DNA of 64,000 nt, taken from Pristiophorus japonicus (lineage: Eukaryota). Below, piece after piece: positions 12,712 to 26,265 of the stretch. Made by a program: the position numbers and the translations under genes. Positions within the stretch are counted from its first letter, which is position 1. Each line of letters begins with the position of its first letter. The notes under the pieces are model-generated. The model was not told where the DNA came from. It did no database searches and saw only the letters and a program-made list of their open reading frames with translations. The DNA lies in the NCBI RefSeq assembly GCF_044704955.1, contig NC_091979.1, positions 250,604,001-250,668,000 of the forward strand, in the 5' to 3' direction.

Positions 12712-13426
12712 GGGTTGTTGCACTTTATCAAAGGAGGCTTTGAGGGTGTCCTTGAAATGTTTCCTCTGCCCACCTTGGGCCTGCCTGCCATGTAGGAGCT
12801 CCGAGTCTTGTGTCAGACATGCGAACAATGTGGCCCGCCCAGCAGAGCTGGTCGAGTGTGGTCAGTGCCTCGATGCTAGGGATGTTAGCCTAGTCAAGGA
12901 TGCCAACGTTGGTGAGTCTGTCCTCCCAGGGGATTTGCAGGATCTTGCACAGACACCGTTGGTGGTATTTTTCCAGCGATTTGTGGTGTCTGCTGTATAT
13001 GATCCACATCTCAGCCATACTGGAGGGCGGGTATCACTACAGCCTTGAGCTTGGTGGCAGAATTGAGGTCCTGATCTTCAAACACTCTTTTCCTCAGGTG
13101 GCCGAAGGCTGCGCTGGCACACAGGAGGCAGTGTTGAATCTTGTCTTCCAAGTCTGCCCTTGCCGATAATCAGCTTCCGAGGTATGGAAAGTGATCCATG
13201 TTGTCCAGGGCCGCGCCATGGGTCTTGATGACTGGCGGGGGGGGGGGCAGTGTTGTGTGGCGGGGACAGGCTGGTGGAGGACCTTTATCTTACGGATGTT
13301 TAGTGTCAGGCCTATGCTTTCATACGCCTCAGTGAAGATGTTGACTATGACGTGGAGTTCAGTCTCTGAATGTGCACAGACGCATGTGTCGTCCGCGTAC
13401 TTTAGCTCGACGATAGAGGTCGGGAC
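12712..13426 (-). mobile_element. RTE LINE, middle piece (RT domain)
   Basis: VELKYADDTCVCAHSE...GLTLNIRK on the minus strand; contiguous with 8313 and 18130 once both Gypsy elements are removed. Confidence 0.85.
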
Positions 13427-13674
13427 TGATATGTCTTTACAGTATACAGTATCAATGCACACGAGGCCCATACTTGAGAGAAGGTCACTGTGTGACCAGT
13501 TACCTTTATTACCAAGACCTCAAGTGATGAAGGTGGGTGGATCTTCCCCTTTTATACCTGAAAGTCCAGGTTAGGAGTGTCTCCCACAAGTGCACCCCTT
13601 GTGGTCAATGTTCTCAAGGTGTACAACTTAGGTCAGTTTATACATGGGATACAATGATAGTTGAATACATGACA
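13427..13674 (-). repeat. 3' LTR of Gypsy 2
   Basis: TGATATGTC...ATGACA, direct repeat of 17884-18129. Confidence 0.92.
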
Positions 13675-13704
13675 TCACCTCCCCCCCCCAAAGTCTTATT
13701 GGAA

Positions 13705-16700
13705 TCACAGGTTAAGTCTCTCGAGTGGTTTACGCTCCCTTGTAGAGCGCCCGAGTTGGGGCTCCTGTTGTTGGGCGCTGGCCTGAGTGTCTGCAGTTTG
13801 CAGTGCCTCAGGCCTGCCCGGACTGCCCACAGTGACTGGGCTCTCCTCCACTTGGGTCCGGTGTTCAGTCATCGTGTTCTTCCTCTGCTTCTTCGATGGG
13901 GTTGCTGAACCTCCTTTTAGTTTGATCCACGTGTTTGCAGCAGATTTGTCCATTGGTAAGTTTAACTACCAAAACCCTATTCCACTCTTTGGCAATCACA
14001 GTGCCTGCAAGCCATTTGGGCTCTGCGGTGTAATTAAGGACAAAAAACAGGGTCATTGACATCAATACATCGCGCCCTCGCATTTCTGTCATGGTAGTCA
14101 CATTGTGACTGACGCCTGCTCTCAACAATTTCTTTCATAGTAGGGTGTATAAGGGATAACCTAGTTTTGAGCGTCCTTTTCATTAGCAGCTCTGCGGGTG
14201 GAACCCCTGTGAGCGAGTGTGATCGGGATCTGTTGGCCAACAGGAGGCGTGATAAGTGGCTTTATAGGGAACCCCCTTGGATTCTGAGCATCCCCCGTTT
14301 GATTATCTGCACTGCTCGTTCCGCCTGGCCATTTGAGGCCGGCTTGAACGGTGCCGTTCCGACATGGTTGATTCCATTGCCTGCCATGAAGTCCTGGAAT
14401 TCAGTGCTTGTGAAGCACGGGCCATTGTTGCTGACCGAGACATCCAGTAGACCATAGGCGGCGAACATTGCCTGTAGACTTTCTACCGTGGCAGAGCATG
14501 TGCTGGAATTTAAAATGTCACACTCAGTCCATTTGGAGTAGGCGTCTACTGCAACCAAAAATATTTTTCCCATGAAAGGACCTGTGTAGTCCACATGGAT
14601 GTGTGACCATGGCTTGGCGGGCCAGGGGCTAAGGGGGGCTTCCCTGGTGCGTTGCCCAGCTGAGCACATGTGTTGCACCTGCGAACACAAAATTCCAGGT
14701 CTGCATCTATCCCTGGCCACCAAACGTGTGACCTGGCAATTGCTTTCATCATGACAATGCCCAGGTGCTCATTGTGAAGTTCTCTGAAACACCTCTCTGC
14801 CCATCTGGGGCATGACTACTCGGTTTCCCCACAGTAGGCAATCGGCCTGAATCGAGAGTTCATCCTGGCGCCTATGAAATGGTTTAAATTCTTCAGGGCA
14901 TGCCCCATACGTGGCTGCCCAGTCCCCATTCAGGACACATTTCTCAACTAAAGACAGTAGCGGGTCTTTATTTGTCCAGACTTTAATCTGACGGGCTGTC
15001 ACAGGTGAGCCTTCGCTTTCGAAAGCTTCAACAGCCATGACCATCTCAGCATCATGCTCAGTTGCCCCCTCAGTGGTGGCTAGTGGGAGCCTGCTGAGTG
15101 CATCGGCGCAGTTTTCAGTGCCCGGTCTGTGCCGAATTGTGTAGTCATAACGTAAGTGCCCACCTCTGTATGCGGGCCGATGCATTCACATTTATGGCCT
15201 TGTTGTCAGCCAAAAGGGACATTAGGGGTTTGTGATCTGTCTCCAGCCGAACAGGTACTGGTGATTTTTTTTTTTTTTATAAACTGCATATACTCATGCT
15301 AGCGCTTCCTTTTCTACCATCCCGTAGCCACTTTGTGCCTGGGACAGACTTCTGGAGGTATAAGCTACCAGCTGTAACTGACCATTGGCATTCACATGCT
15401 GCAACACATACCCGATCACATAGGACGACGCATCGCACGTTAACACAAGTTTCTTACACGGGTCATACAACGTTAACAGTTTGTTAGAGCACGCAATTTG
15501 TTATGCTCCATCAGAAGCCTTTTCCTGGCTGTCCCCCCAGACCCAATCGCGACCTTTGTGTAGGAGCACATGTAGCGGCTCTAACAGCATGCTCAAATTT
15601 GGGAAGAAAGTTACCAAAATAGTTCAGGAGCCCCAGGAACGAACGCAGCTCCGTCGTGTTGCGGGGTCTGGGTACTCTCTGGATTGCTTCAGTTTTGGAC
15701 GCAGTAGGTCTGATCCCGTCTGCTGCTACCCTCCTCCCCAGGAATTCTACCTCTGGAGCCAAGAAGATACACTTCGCCTTTTTCAGTCGCAGCCCTACCC
15801 GGTCCAGTCTGCGTAGCACCTCCTGCAGGTTGTGGAGGTGTTCTTCAGTATCGTAATCCGTGATGAGGATGTCGTCCTGAAAAACCACCATCCCTGGAAT
15901 TGACTCGAGGAGGCTTTCCATATTTCGCTGAAAGATTGCGGCGGCTGAACGAACTCGAACGGACATCTGTTATACTCAAACAACCCCTTGTGTGTCGTGA
16001 TGGTGGTTAGCTTCTTCGACTCACTCGCCAGCTCCTGGGTCACGTTAGGTGAGGTCAGGTCCAATTTTGAAAAAGGTTTACCTCCAGATAGCGTCGCAAA
16101 GAGGTCCTCCACTCTCGGTAGCGGGTACTGGTCTTGGAGTGACACCCGATTGATGGTGGCCTTGTAATCGCCACATATCCTGACCAACCCATCCGCCTTG
16201 ACCACCTGCACGATCGGGCTCGCCCAGTCACTGAATTCGACTGGCGAGATGATGCCTTCCATCAGCAGGCGGTCCAATTCGTATTCTATCTTTTCCCGCA
16301 TCACGTACGGCACCGCTCTGGTCTTGTGGTGTACTAGCCTGGCGTCCGGGTATATGTGGATCACTACCTTGGCCCCCATGAAAGTGCCGATGCCGGGTTG
16401 AAATAACGAGTCAAATTTGTTCAGGACCTGTGAGCATGATACTCGCTCCACAGAAGAAATTGCATTGACATCGTCCTATTTCTAGTTCATGACAGCAAGC
16501 CAACTCCTCCCCAGTAGTGCGGGACCGTCACCCGGGACATCCAGAGTGACAACCTGTTCTCCGAATCTTTGTGGGTCACGGCTACCGTGGCGCTGCCTAG
16601 CACTGGAATGATCTCCTTTATCTATGTCCGTAGCTGTGCGTCAATCGGCAATAATTTTGGCCTCCTGGCCCTGGACACCCACAACCTTTCGAACGGTTTG

Positions 16701-17847
16701 ATACTCATCAGGGACTGGCTGGCACCCGTGTCTAGCTCCATTAATACTGGGATGCCACTGAGGAGCACTTTCATCATTAACAGTGGCGTCCTGGTATATG
16801 AACTGTATATGTGCTCCACATGAGCACGCTGAACTTCAGCTTCCAGCGATTTCCCCCAGTATTTATTTGGCCTCGTAGGCTTACGTTGGGCCTGTCCTCC
16901 TTGTACATCAACCTGGCTGCAAGCTTCCTGCACATATGCGGCAAGTGACCACTGACGTTGCAGTTTCTGCAGGTATATTGCTGATATCTACAAGCTCTGG
17001 CTGGGTGTTTGCCTCCACACCTCCAGCATGAGCTGGAGGCCCCATTGTTGGAAACAAAAAAGGTCCATTACCAGTTGATCGTCTCTAACTGTCTCCGTGG
17101 CTGTCCTTAAGTGTACCATTAACAGGTGTTGATGGCCCCATTACTGGCCGTATTGTCCATTGCGATGGCATGAATCGGCGTTCAACGAGCCATTGTTTCT
17201 GCTGAATTCCCCCTTTGATTCGTCTACATGCTTGGGTATGTCCGATTGCCCTTGTCTGCCACGTTAACAATGTTGACTCCCTGGTCGTTTGCCACATTTG
17301 AGCCAAGATTTTTGTCATACATCGTTCTGGTCTCTTCCTCCCCAGAGATAAATGTCTGGGCTATCAGAGCCGCCGCTTCCAAGGTCAAGTCTTTGGTCTC
17401 AATCAGTTTCCTGAAAATCCCAGCGTGCCCGATGCCCTCAATAAAAAAAAAAAGTGTCTCAGCATCTCCGCTCTGCATGCATCTGGGAACTTACATCGGC
17501 TTGCCAGTCGCCAGAGATCTGCCACGAAGTCTGGAACGCTTTGCCCTTCTCGCCGCCGGTGCGTGTAAAACCGGTGTCTCGCTATGTGCATGTTGCTCGC
17601 CGGTTTAAGGTGTTCCCCGATCAACTTACTGAGCTCTTCGAACGTCTTGTCCGCCGGCTTTTCTGGCGCTAGAAGGTCCTTCATCAGGGAGTACATCCTG
17701 GATCCACAAACCATCAGGAGATGAGCCCTGCGTTTGTCGGCTGAATCCCAACCATTCCTTCGTGACAAAACTTTGCTGTAGTCTCTCAATAAAGTCGTCC
17801 CAATCATCACCAACTCAGTACCTCTCTTCTGTGCTGCTAGTGGCCAT
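13705..17847 (-). pseudogene. Gypsy 2 gag-pol remnant
   Basis: gag DKRRAHLL..LKP..ARHRFY; protease ELDTGASQS; RT RICGDYK, KLDLT, FQDD; RNaseH NCADALSR; integrase HVDYTGP, NGQAER. Confidence 0.9.
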
Positions 17848-17883
17848 GCTCGCATGGTTTAAATCCCAGTTTGGTGTCGCCAA

Positions 17884-18129
17884 TGATATGTCCTTACTAT
17901 ACAGTATAAATGCACACGAGGCCCATACTTGAGAGAAGGTCACTCTGTGACTAGTTACCTTTATTACCAAGACCTCAAGTGAAGAAGGTGGGTGGAGCTT
18001 CCCCTTTTATACCTGAAAGTCCAGGTTAGGAGTGTCTCCCACAAGTTCGCCCCTTGTGGTCAATGTTCTAAAGGTGTACAACTTAGGTCAGTTTATACAT
18101 GGGTTACAATGATAGTTGAATACATGACA
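17884..18129 (-). repeat. 5' LTR of Gypsy 2
   Basis: Direct repeat of 13427-13674, adjacent to the PBS. Confidence 0.92.
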
Positions 18130-18300
18130 GGGATGGTCTTGGATCTGGCCTGGAGACGACGAAGGTTGAACAGGTTCCCATTGGTTCTGTAGTTTAGTTC
18201 CACTCCAGCGGAGAACTTGTCGAGTGTGAGTATGCTGAGAACAGGTGCATACATTACAGGTGTCAATGCAGCCAATCCAATCCTGCCAAATTCCACCCTT
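18130..18300 (-). mobile_element. RTE LINE, 5'-most remaining piece
   Basis: GVELNYRTNGNLFNLRRLQARSKT, typical RTE/BovB-like RT segment just upstream of YADD. Confidence 0.75.
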
Positions 18301-18549
18301 TGAACTTTTGCTCAATGGTATGCCAGATTGGACGGAAGTGAAGTCACCCTGGGTCTTTGTGGGGAAATAAGTCTAACGCCACAGGCAAGAGCAGGAAGTA
18401 GCTGTGTTAGGAAGTGCAGACAAAGCCAGATTAATGCAGAGGCCACTTTAGGCACCACAGGAAAAATTAACCTGCCGAGGGCATCCTGCTGTCACCATCA
18501 CGGAACTGGAGGCGATTCCCAGGCACACAGAGGCAGGTGTTGGAGCTGT

Positions 18550-21500
18550 TCCTGGATTGCTACCAGTGCCACGTGTTAGTCAGAGTAGAAATAGCAGGAT
18601 AGTTAAGATGAATACTTGAATTGAGGAATGGTGCAAGAAAGGGATTCAAATTCCTGGGACATTGGAACCGGTTCTGGGGGAGGTGGGACCAGTACAAACC
18701 GGATGGTCTGCACCTGGGACCTGGGCAGGACCAGAACCGATGTCCTACGGGGAGTGTTTGCTAGTACTGTTGGGGAGGGTTTAACCTAATATGGCAGAGG
18801 GATGGGAATGTAAGCAGGGAGACAGAGGGAAGTAAAATGGGGGCAGAAGAAAAAGATAGGAGAGATATAAGAAAAAGTTGAGAGCAGAGAAATCAAAGGA
18901 AAAATCAAAAAAGGGCCACATTACAATATAATTCTAAAAGATCAGAGTGTTAAAAAAACAAGCCTGAAGGCTCTGGGTTTCAATGCGAGGAGCATTCATA
19001 ATAAGGTGAATGAATTAACTGCGCAGATAGCTGTTAACGGATATGATGTAATTGGGATTACGGAGACATGGCTCCAGGGTGACCAAGGCTGGGAACTCAA
19101 CATCCAGGGGTATTCAATATTCAGGAACGATAGACAGAAAGGAAAAGGAGGTGGGGGTAGTGTTGCTGGTTAAAGAGGAGATTAACACAATAGTAAGGAA
19201 GGACATTAGCTTGGATGATGTGGAACCTGTACGGGTAGAGCTGCGGAACACCAAAGGGCAGAAAACGCTAGTGGGAATTGCGTACAGACCACTAAATAGT
19301 AGTAGTGAGGTTGGGGATGGCATTAAACCAGGAAATTAGGGATTCGTGCAATAAAGGTTATCATGGGTGATTTTAATATACATATAGATGGGGCTAATCA
19401 AACTGGTAGCAATACAGTGGAGGAGGATTTCCTGGATTGTATTAGGGATGGTTTTCTAGACCAATATGTCGAGGAACCAACAAGAGAGCTGGCCATCCTA
19501 GACTGGGTGTTGTGTAATGAGAGAGAATTAATTAGCAATCTTGTTGTGCGATGCCCCTTGGGGAAAAGTGACCATAATATGGTAGAATTCTTCATTAAGA
19601 TGGAGAGTGACACAGTTAATTCAGAGACTAGGGTCCTGAACTTAAAGAAAGGTAACTTCGATGGTATGAGATGTGAATTGGCTAGGATAGACTGGCGAAT
19701 GATACTTAAAGGGTTGACGGTGGATAGGCAATGGCAGATATTTAAAGATCACATGGATGAACTTCAACAATTGTACATCCCTGTCTGGTGTAAAAATAAA
19801 ATGGGGAAGGTGGCTCAACCGTGGCTAACAAGGGAAATTAGGGATAGTGTTAAATCCAAGGAAGAGGCATATAAATTGGCCAGAAAAAGCAGCAAACCTG
19901 AGGACTGAGAGAAATTTAGAATTCAGCAGAGGAAGACAAAGGGTTTAATTAGGAGGGGGAAAATAGAGTATGAGAGCAAGCTTGCAGGGAACATAAAAAC
20001 TGACTGCATAAGCTTCTATAGAGAAAAAGATTAGTGAAGACAAATGTAGGTCCCTTGCGTCAGAATCAGGTGAATTTATAACGGGGAACAAAGAAACGGC
20101 AGACCAATTGAACAAATACTTTGGTTCTGTCTTCACTAAAGACGACACAAATAACCTTCTGGAAATACTAGGAGACAGAGTGTCGAGTGAGAAGGAGGAA
20201 CTGAAGGAAATCCTTATGTTAGGGAAATTGATGAGATTGAAGGCCGACAAATCCCCAGGGCCTAATAGTCTGCATACCAGAGTACTGAAGGTAATGGCCC
20301 AAGAAATAGTGGGTGCATTGGTGGTCATTTTCCAACATTCTATAGACGCTGGATCAGTTCCTATGGATTGGAAGGTAGCTAATGTAACCCCACTTTTTAA
20401 AAAAAGGAGGGAGAGAGAAAACAGAGAATTATAGACAGGTTAGCCTGACATGGGTAGTGGAGAAAATGTTGGAATCAATGATTAAAGATGTAATAGCAGC
20501 ACATTTGGAAAGCAGTGACAGGATCGGTCCAAGTCAGCATGAATTTATGAAAGGGAAATCATGCTTGACAAATCTTCTAGAATTTTTTGTGGATGTAACT
20601 AGTAGAGTGGACAAGGGAGAACCAGTGGATGTGGTGTATTTGGACTTTCAAAAAGGCTTTTGACAAGGTCCCACACAAGAGATTAGTGTGCAAAATTAAA
20701 GCACATGGTATTGGAGGTAATGTATTGACGTGGATAGAGAACTGGTTGGCAGACAGGAAACAAAGAGTAGGAATAAACGGGTCCTTTTCAGAATGGCAGG
20801 CAGTGACTATGGGATACCGCAAGGTTCAGTGCTGTGACCCCAGCTATTTACAATATACATTAATGATTTAGACGAAGGAACTGAATGTAATATCTCCAAA
20901 TTTGCAGATGACACCAAGCTGGGTGGTGGTGTGAGCTGTGAGGAGGATGCCAAGAGGCTGCAGGGTGACTTGGACGGGTTAGGTGAAAGGGCAAAAGCAT
21001 GGCAGATGCAGTACAATGTAGATAAATATTAGGTTATCCATTTTGGTGGCAGAATCAGGAAGGCAGAATATCTGAATGGTGACAGATTAGGAAAAGGGGA
21101 GGCTGGGTGTCATGGTACATCAGTCATTGAAAGTTGGAATGCAGGTACAGCAGGCAGTGAAGGCGGCAAATGGCATGTTGGCCTTCATAGCGAGAGGATT
21201 TGAGTATAGGAGCAGGGAGGTCTTACTGCAGTTGTACAGGGCCTTGGTGAGGCCACACCTTGAATATTGTGTACAGTTTTGGTCTCCTTATCTGAGGAAG
21301 GACGTGCTTGCTATTGAGGGAGTGCAGCGAAGGTTCACCAAACTGATTCCTGGGATGGCAGGACTGACATATAAAGAAAGGCTGGATCGACTAGGCTTAT
21401 CGTCACTGGAATTTAGATGAATGAGAGGGGATCGCATAGAAACATATAAAATTCTGACGGAATTGGACAGGTTAGATGCAGGAAGAATGTTCCCGATGTT

Positions 21501-21810
21501 GGGGAAGTCCAGAACCAGGGGTCACAATCTTAGGATAAGGGGTAAGCGATTTAGGACCAAGATGAGGAGAAACTTCACCACTCAGAATTGTGAACCTGCG
21601 GAATTCTCTACCACAGAAAGTTGTTGAGGCCAGTTTGTTAGATTTATTCAAAAGGGAGTTAAATGTGGCCCTTAGGTAAAGGGATCAAGAGGTATGGAGA
21701 GAAAGCAGGAATGGGGTACTGAAGTTGCATGATCAGCCATGATCATATTGAATGGCGGTGCAGGCTCGAAGGGCCTAATGGCCTACTCCTGCACCTATTT
21801 TCTATGTTTC
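18550..21810 (+). mobile_element. 5'-truncated CR1 LINE (same family as 1700-5968)
   Basis: Colinear with 2710-5968: end of ORF1, MGDFN, SDH, YLDFQK, FADD, same 3' tail. Confidence 0.92.
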
Positions 21811-22159
21811 CTCTACTGACCAACTGACAGTGGGGATGGTCTCTACCTATCAATCATCAGCAGAGAGCCACTCAAGGACCCGTCAATGCCATTGGGCGGA
21901 GACTACTGAACATTTTCCAAAACAGGTCAACTCTTTGAACAAGGCGGAAATGATAACCTGGAACTGGTGAAAGTTGATTCATGTTTTCACAGTTTTTTTT
22001 TTTAAATGAAAGCATACACCAAAAGATGCAATGTGATAAACTAGGCTGAAATTAATAAGCATCCAGAGGTAAATTAATATCTTAAGTTCAGTGGTATTAA
22101 ATGTATTGTCTTGAATAATAACACGTAGATAATAAAGAACTTTGGTTGTAAAGTGTGTT

Positions 22160-22450
22160 AAAACCTGAGTTACTTATTGAAGTACTGCTGTTGTGTGGAC
22201 AAATGAAGCAGCCAATTTACACACAGCATGGTCTCTAAACAGCAAAATGACAATAGGGAGGAGTATTCGCATCAAGACAACTTCTTTGAATAGTGCAGTG
22301 GGATCGTTTGATGCCCAGCTGAGCAGGCAGACTTCAATTTAACATCTCATTCAAAAAGAGAGCACCTTTGTCCCCACTGTATCCAAGTGTCAGCCTAGAT
22401 TATGTGCTCCAGCCTACAGTAAGGCTTGAACCCACTATTCTTCTGACTCA
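22160..22450 (-). mobile_element. Degenerate SacSINE1-like SINE
   Basis: GCAGCCAATTT...GTGTCAGCCTAGATTATGTGCTC...CTTGAACCCAC...TTCTGACTCAGAGGC. Confidence 0.65.
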
Positions 22451-22834
22451 GAGGCATCTGAGGCAAGCTGACATTTAGTTAAAAAAGAAAGCTATTTCAT
22501 CATAAACAAGTGCACAATATCCACACGGTTTTGAAACTTTCAATTATTAAATCAGACAACAACAGCCAAACTGATATACACACACACACACATATATATA
22601 TATCTAGTGCGGCAAATAGGTTGCAAAGCACCCTGAACAATATTATCTGAAAGGGATTGGCAGAGATCTTCCTGTAAGTTGAAGCCGGAGATGTAATAAA
22701 ACATTTTAAAAAAAATTCAAAATTTTAAAAATCAGTCTTTTCAATTAAATAGTTCAAAAATTCAAAGCAACTCTTCCAGATTCATCCAATTTTCACTTTA
22801 AGGCTCAGAGATCTTACATTGATTAATCGAATTG

Positions 22835-23635
22835 TAGAAACTTACATCAAGGAGGAGGCTATTCGGCCCGTCGTGTCTGTACTGGCTCTTTGAAAGAGCA
22901 CTCGTGTATTGTCCCACATGCCCGCTTTTTTGTCCGTAACCCTGTAAGTTTCTTATCCTCAAGTACATTTAAAATTATTTATTGAATCAGCTTCCACCAC
23001 CTTTTCAGGTAGAGCATTCCCGATCCGGACAACAGTGAGTGAGAAAAGTTCTCTTCGCCCCTCTAGATCTTTTGCCAATGATTTTGAATCGGTGATCTCT
23101 GGTTATTGACCCTCTACCAATGAGAGTCATTTTTCGCTTTCTACTCTATCAAAACCGTTCATGAAACCCTCTATTAGGTCACCTCTTCACTCCTAACTTT
23201 TCCAACCTCTCCTCATAACTGAAGTCCCTCATCCCTGGTAAACCTCCTCTGTAACCTTTCGAAGGCCTTTACATCTTTCCTGAAGTGTGGTGCCCAGAAT
23301 TGTCCACAGGACTCCAGCAGAGGCCTAACCAGTGATTTATAAAGTTCTAGCATGGTCTCTTTACTTTTATATCCGATTCCTTTCATTATAACCCCAAGTA
23401 ACCCATATGCTTTTTTAATCACCTTATCAACTTGCCCTGTCACCTTTAAGGATTTGTGCAAATGGACACCAAGGTCTCTTTCTGCTCATCTACACTTTTC
23501 AAAATTGCACTATTTATCGAATTGTCTTTCCATATTAGTCCTCTCAAAGTGCATCACTTCACACTTCTCTGCATTGAACTCCATCTACCATACTTCTGCC
23601 CATTTCACCATCCTGTCTATATCATCCTGAAGCCT
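22835..23635 (-). mobile_element. CR1 3' fragment (diverged subfamily)
   Basis: Minus-strand ORF KKAYGLLG...LYKSLVRPLLES...QRRFTR. Confidence 0.8.
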
Positions 23636-24595
23636 ATAACTATCCTCATCACTATCTATTATCCTGAATGTTGATATTGTGCACCATATATTCTCCCCAA
23701 TGCAATGTGAAGGCTTTTGTCCCAAATCATTTACACACCACCATGTCTCACAATCATGTTAATGTATTTTATATTGTTAATTTGAGAAACATTTGACCAA
23801 ATCAAATTGATTTTGATGACCTGATCTATATTTTTTCCAATTTGAAGACAAGAATGAAACCCTGTGAAAAGCTAGAGATACAGATTACTGTTTCCTACTA
23901 AAAGGTATGGAGAGATTGGTCAGCATATCTTCTAAAAATGATTTGGTAATTGTTGAATGGAATTAAACAGTTAAATGCTAAAACTATTTTTCTTTTTAAA
24001 TTGAAGTAGAATGTTACGTTGATGCTATGATATCTGCTGAGAACACCATCAAGGGGCTTTACAGCACAGAAGGAAACCACAGATGCCAATGGATCTCACT
24101 TATCAGCTGTGACTCAGTGGGTAGCACTCTCACCTCGGAGTCTTTCTTCCTTTTTATGCTCTATCCAGTTCCAACTTTCACAGTATTCTGGCCACAGCCT
24201 CGCCCCATAAAAAATATCATTCAAGAAAAAATATACCATCTTCAATTAATGAATGATAAAAATATTTTCCAGCACCGATAAACAGCGTGTGGCTTTTATA
24301 CAGATTCCAGACCACCGCGGGTCAGAGTGCACGTGTTGTTTGCATTTACAAATACAGTGTACCAGTATAAATGGTGAACAGGAGATCAATGAAAAGGAAA
24401 GGCTGTCACAACAATTAAATCATCCCAGTAACACGAATGTCTGAAAACACAGTGCTCAGCAGCAATGCTGCGAATTACTGGACTGCAATATTTGCTTACT
24501 TTTTTCCCATAAATCGCTGCTTTTAAAAACAGGCTGATCAGATATCCTTTTGACGTTGTAGGAGCTCCTTTCATAATGAGAAGATGCAAGGTACT

Positions 24596-25712
24596 TGTTG
24601 TGTCCTTAGATGCTCTAACAAGGACTCCACGAGGCAGTGTGTTGTACTTGAACTGTAGTGATCTTAGTCCTTTATTAGTTAACTCCAGAGTGAGGATCAC
24701 ACCTGGTGGCCTGCCTTTTATACTAGGTCAGGCACACTAAACTGGGTGGTGGTGAGGGAGATGCTCAGAGGCTGCAGGGTGACTTGGACAGGTTAGGTGA
24801 GTGGGCAAATGTATGGCAGATGCAGTATAATGTGGATAAATGTGAGGTTATCCACTTTGGGGGCAAAAACGCAATGACAGAATATTATCTGAATGGTGGC
24901 AGATTAGGAAAAGGGAAGGTGCAACGAGACCTGGGTGTCATGGTTCATCAGTCATTGAAAGTTGGCATACAGATACAGCAGGTGGTGAAGGCGGCAAATG
25001 GTATGTTGGCCTTCATAGCTAGGAGATTTACGTATAGGAGCAGGGAGGTCTTACTGCAGTTGTACAGGGCCTTGGTGAGGCCTCACCTGGAATATTGTGT
25101 TCAGTTTTGGTCTCCTAATCTGAGGAAGGACATTCTTGCTATTGAGGGAGTGCAACAAAGGTTCACCAGACTGATTCCTGGGATGGCTAGACTGACATAT
25201 GAGGAGAGACTGGATTAACTGGGCCTTTATACATTGGAGTTTAGAAGGATGAGAGGGAATTTCATAGAAACATAAGATTCTGACAGGATGGGACAGGTTA
25301 GATGCGAGTAGAATGTTCCCGATGTTGGGGAAGTCCAGAACCAGGGGACACAGTCTTAGGATAAGGGGTAGGCCATTTAGGACTGAGATGAGGAGAAACT
25401 TCTTCACTCAGAGAGTTGTTAACTTGTGGAATTCCCTGCTGCAGAGAGTTGTTGATGCCAGTTCATTGGATATATTCAAGAGGGAGTTAGATATGGCCCT
25501 TATGGCTAAGGGGATCAAGGGATATGGAGAGAAAGCAGGAAAGGGGTACTGAGGGAATGATCAGCCATGGTCTTATTGAATGGTGGTGCAGGCTCAAAGG
25601 GCTGAATGGCCTACTCCTGCACCTATTTTCTATGTACAGGTAACCTACGCGTTTCCCACTGCTGTGCCCTCTGGTGGCACACCTTAAGATAATGCCAACA
25701 GTGGCCATGACA
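24596..25712 (-). mobile_element. Solo LTR split by a CR1 insertion
   Basis: TGTTG...ATGACA, TSD GTACT/GTACA; similar to the LTRs at 53819 and 56364; halves at about 24596-24735 and 25634-25712. Confidence 0.75.
24735..25635 (+). mobile_element. 5'-truncated CR1 (RT C-terminal region plus 3' tail)
   Basis: ORFs 24784-25218 and 25313-25552; tail CCTATTTTCTATGT. Confidence 0.9.
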
Positions 25713-26265
25713 GTACATATCTTTCCCACCCATTTTCTCCCTTTAAATTGGTGGGGTGTGACAGGGAGTCCTCCAGTATGTCACCCAAAGTGGCCATCTT
25801 GAGATGAGACTCTGTAGGCAAGACCATTCAAATGGGGGGGGGGGGGGGGGGAAAGAAAGGGGGTAGTGTCACCTGATGTAGTTCTCACTAGATAACATCC
25901 CAGCAGGAGTCACTGGTCTCCACACCCACCCCCAACCCAGGAATGCTGAGACCAACTGAAGGGCCCCCACCAGTGCCCCAACTGAGATTAACAATGTCAG
26001 CACAGACCAGTGATTAAACCAGGAGGCTAAGAAACCAACCAAGTCCCACACTTTTCTGAAAATTTGGAGTTGAATGAATTCTACGACAGTGTGTATTCAG
26101 TGGACAGCACGGATTAGCGGTAATTTTCCAGGTACAGATTGATGTCGGGGAACCTCGCTCACTTGGTGCATACTGGGAAAATTACCTCCATTGTGTCACA
26201 GAGCGAGGAGTTTTAGCTTTGCTCCTGTGATTTTCCAGTCAATTCTTGATCCTCCTTAGCCACCA

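Larger units (their letters stand above)
13427..18129 (-). mobile_element. Ty3/Gypsy LTR retrotransposon 2 (full length, degenerate)
   Basis: LTRs 13427-13674 and 17884-18129, PBS TGGCGACACC, poly-G PPT, TSD GGGAC/GGGAT. Confidence 0.93.
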
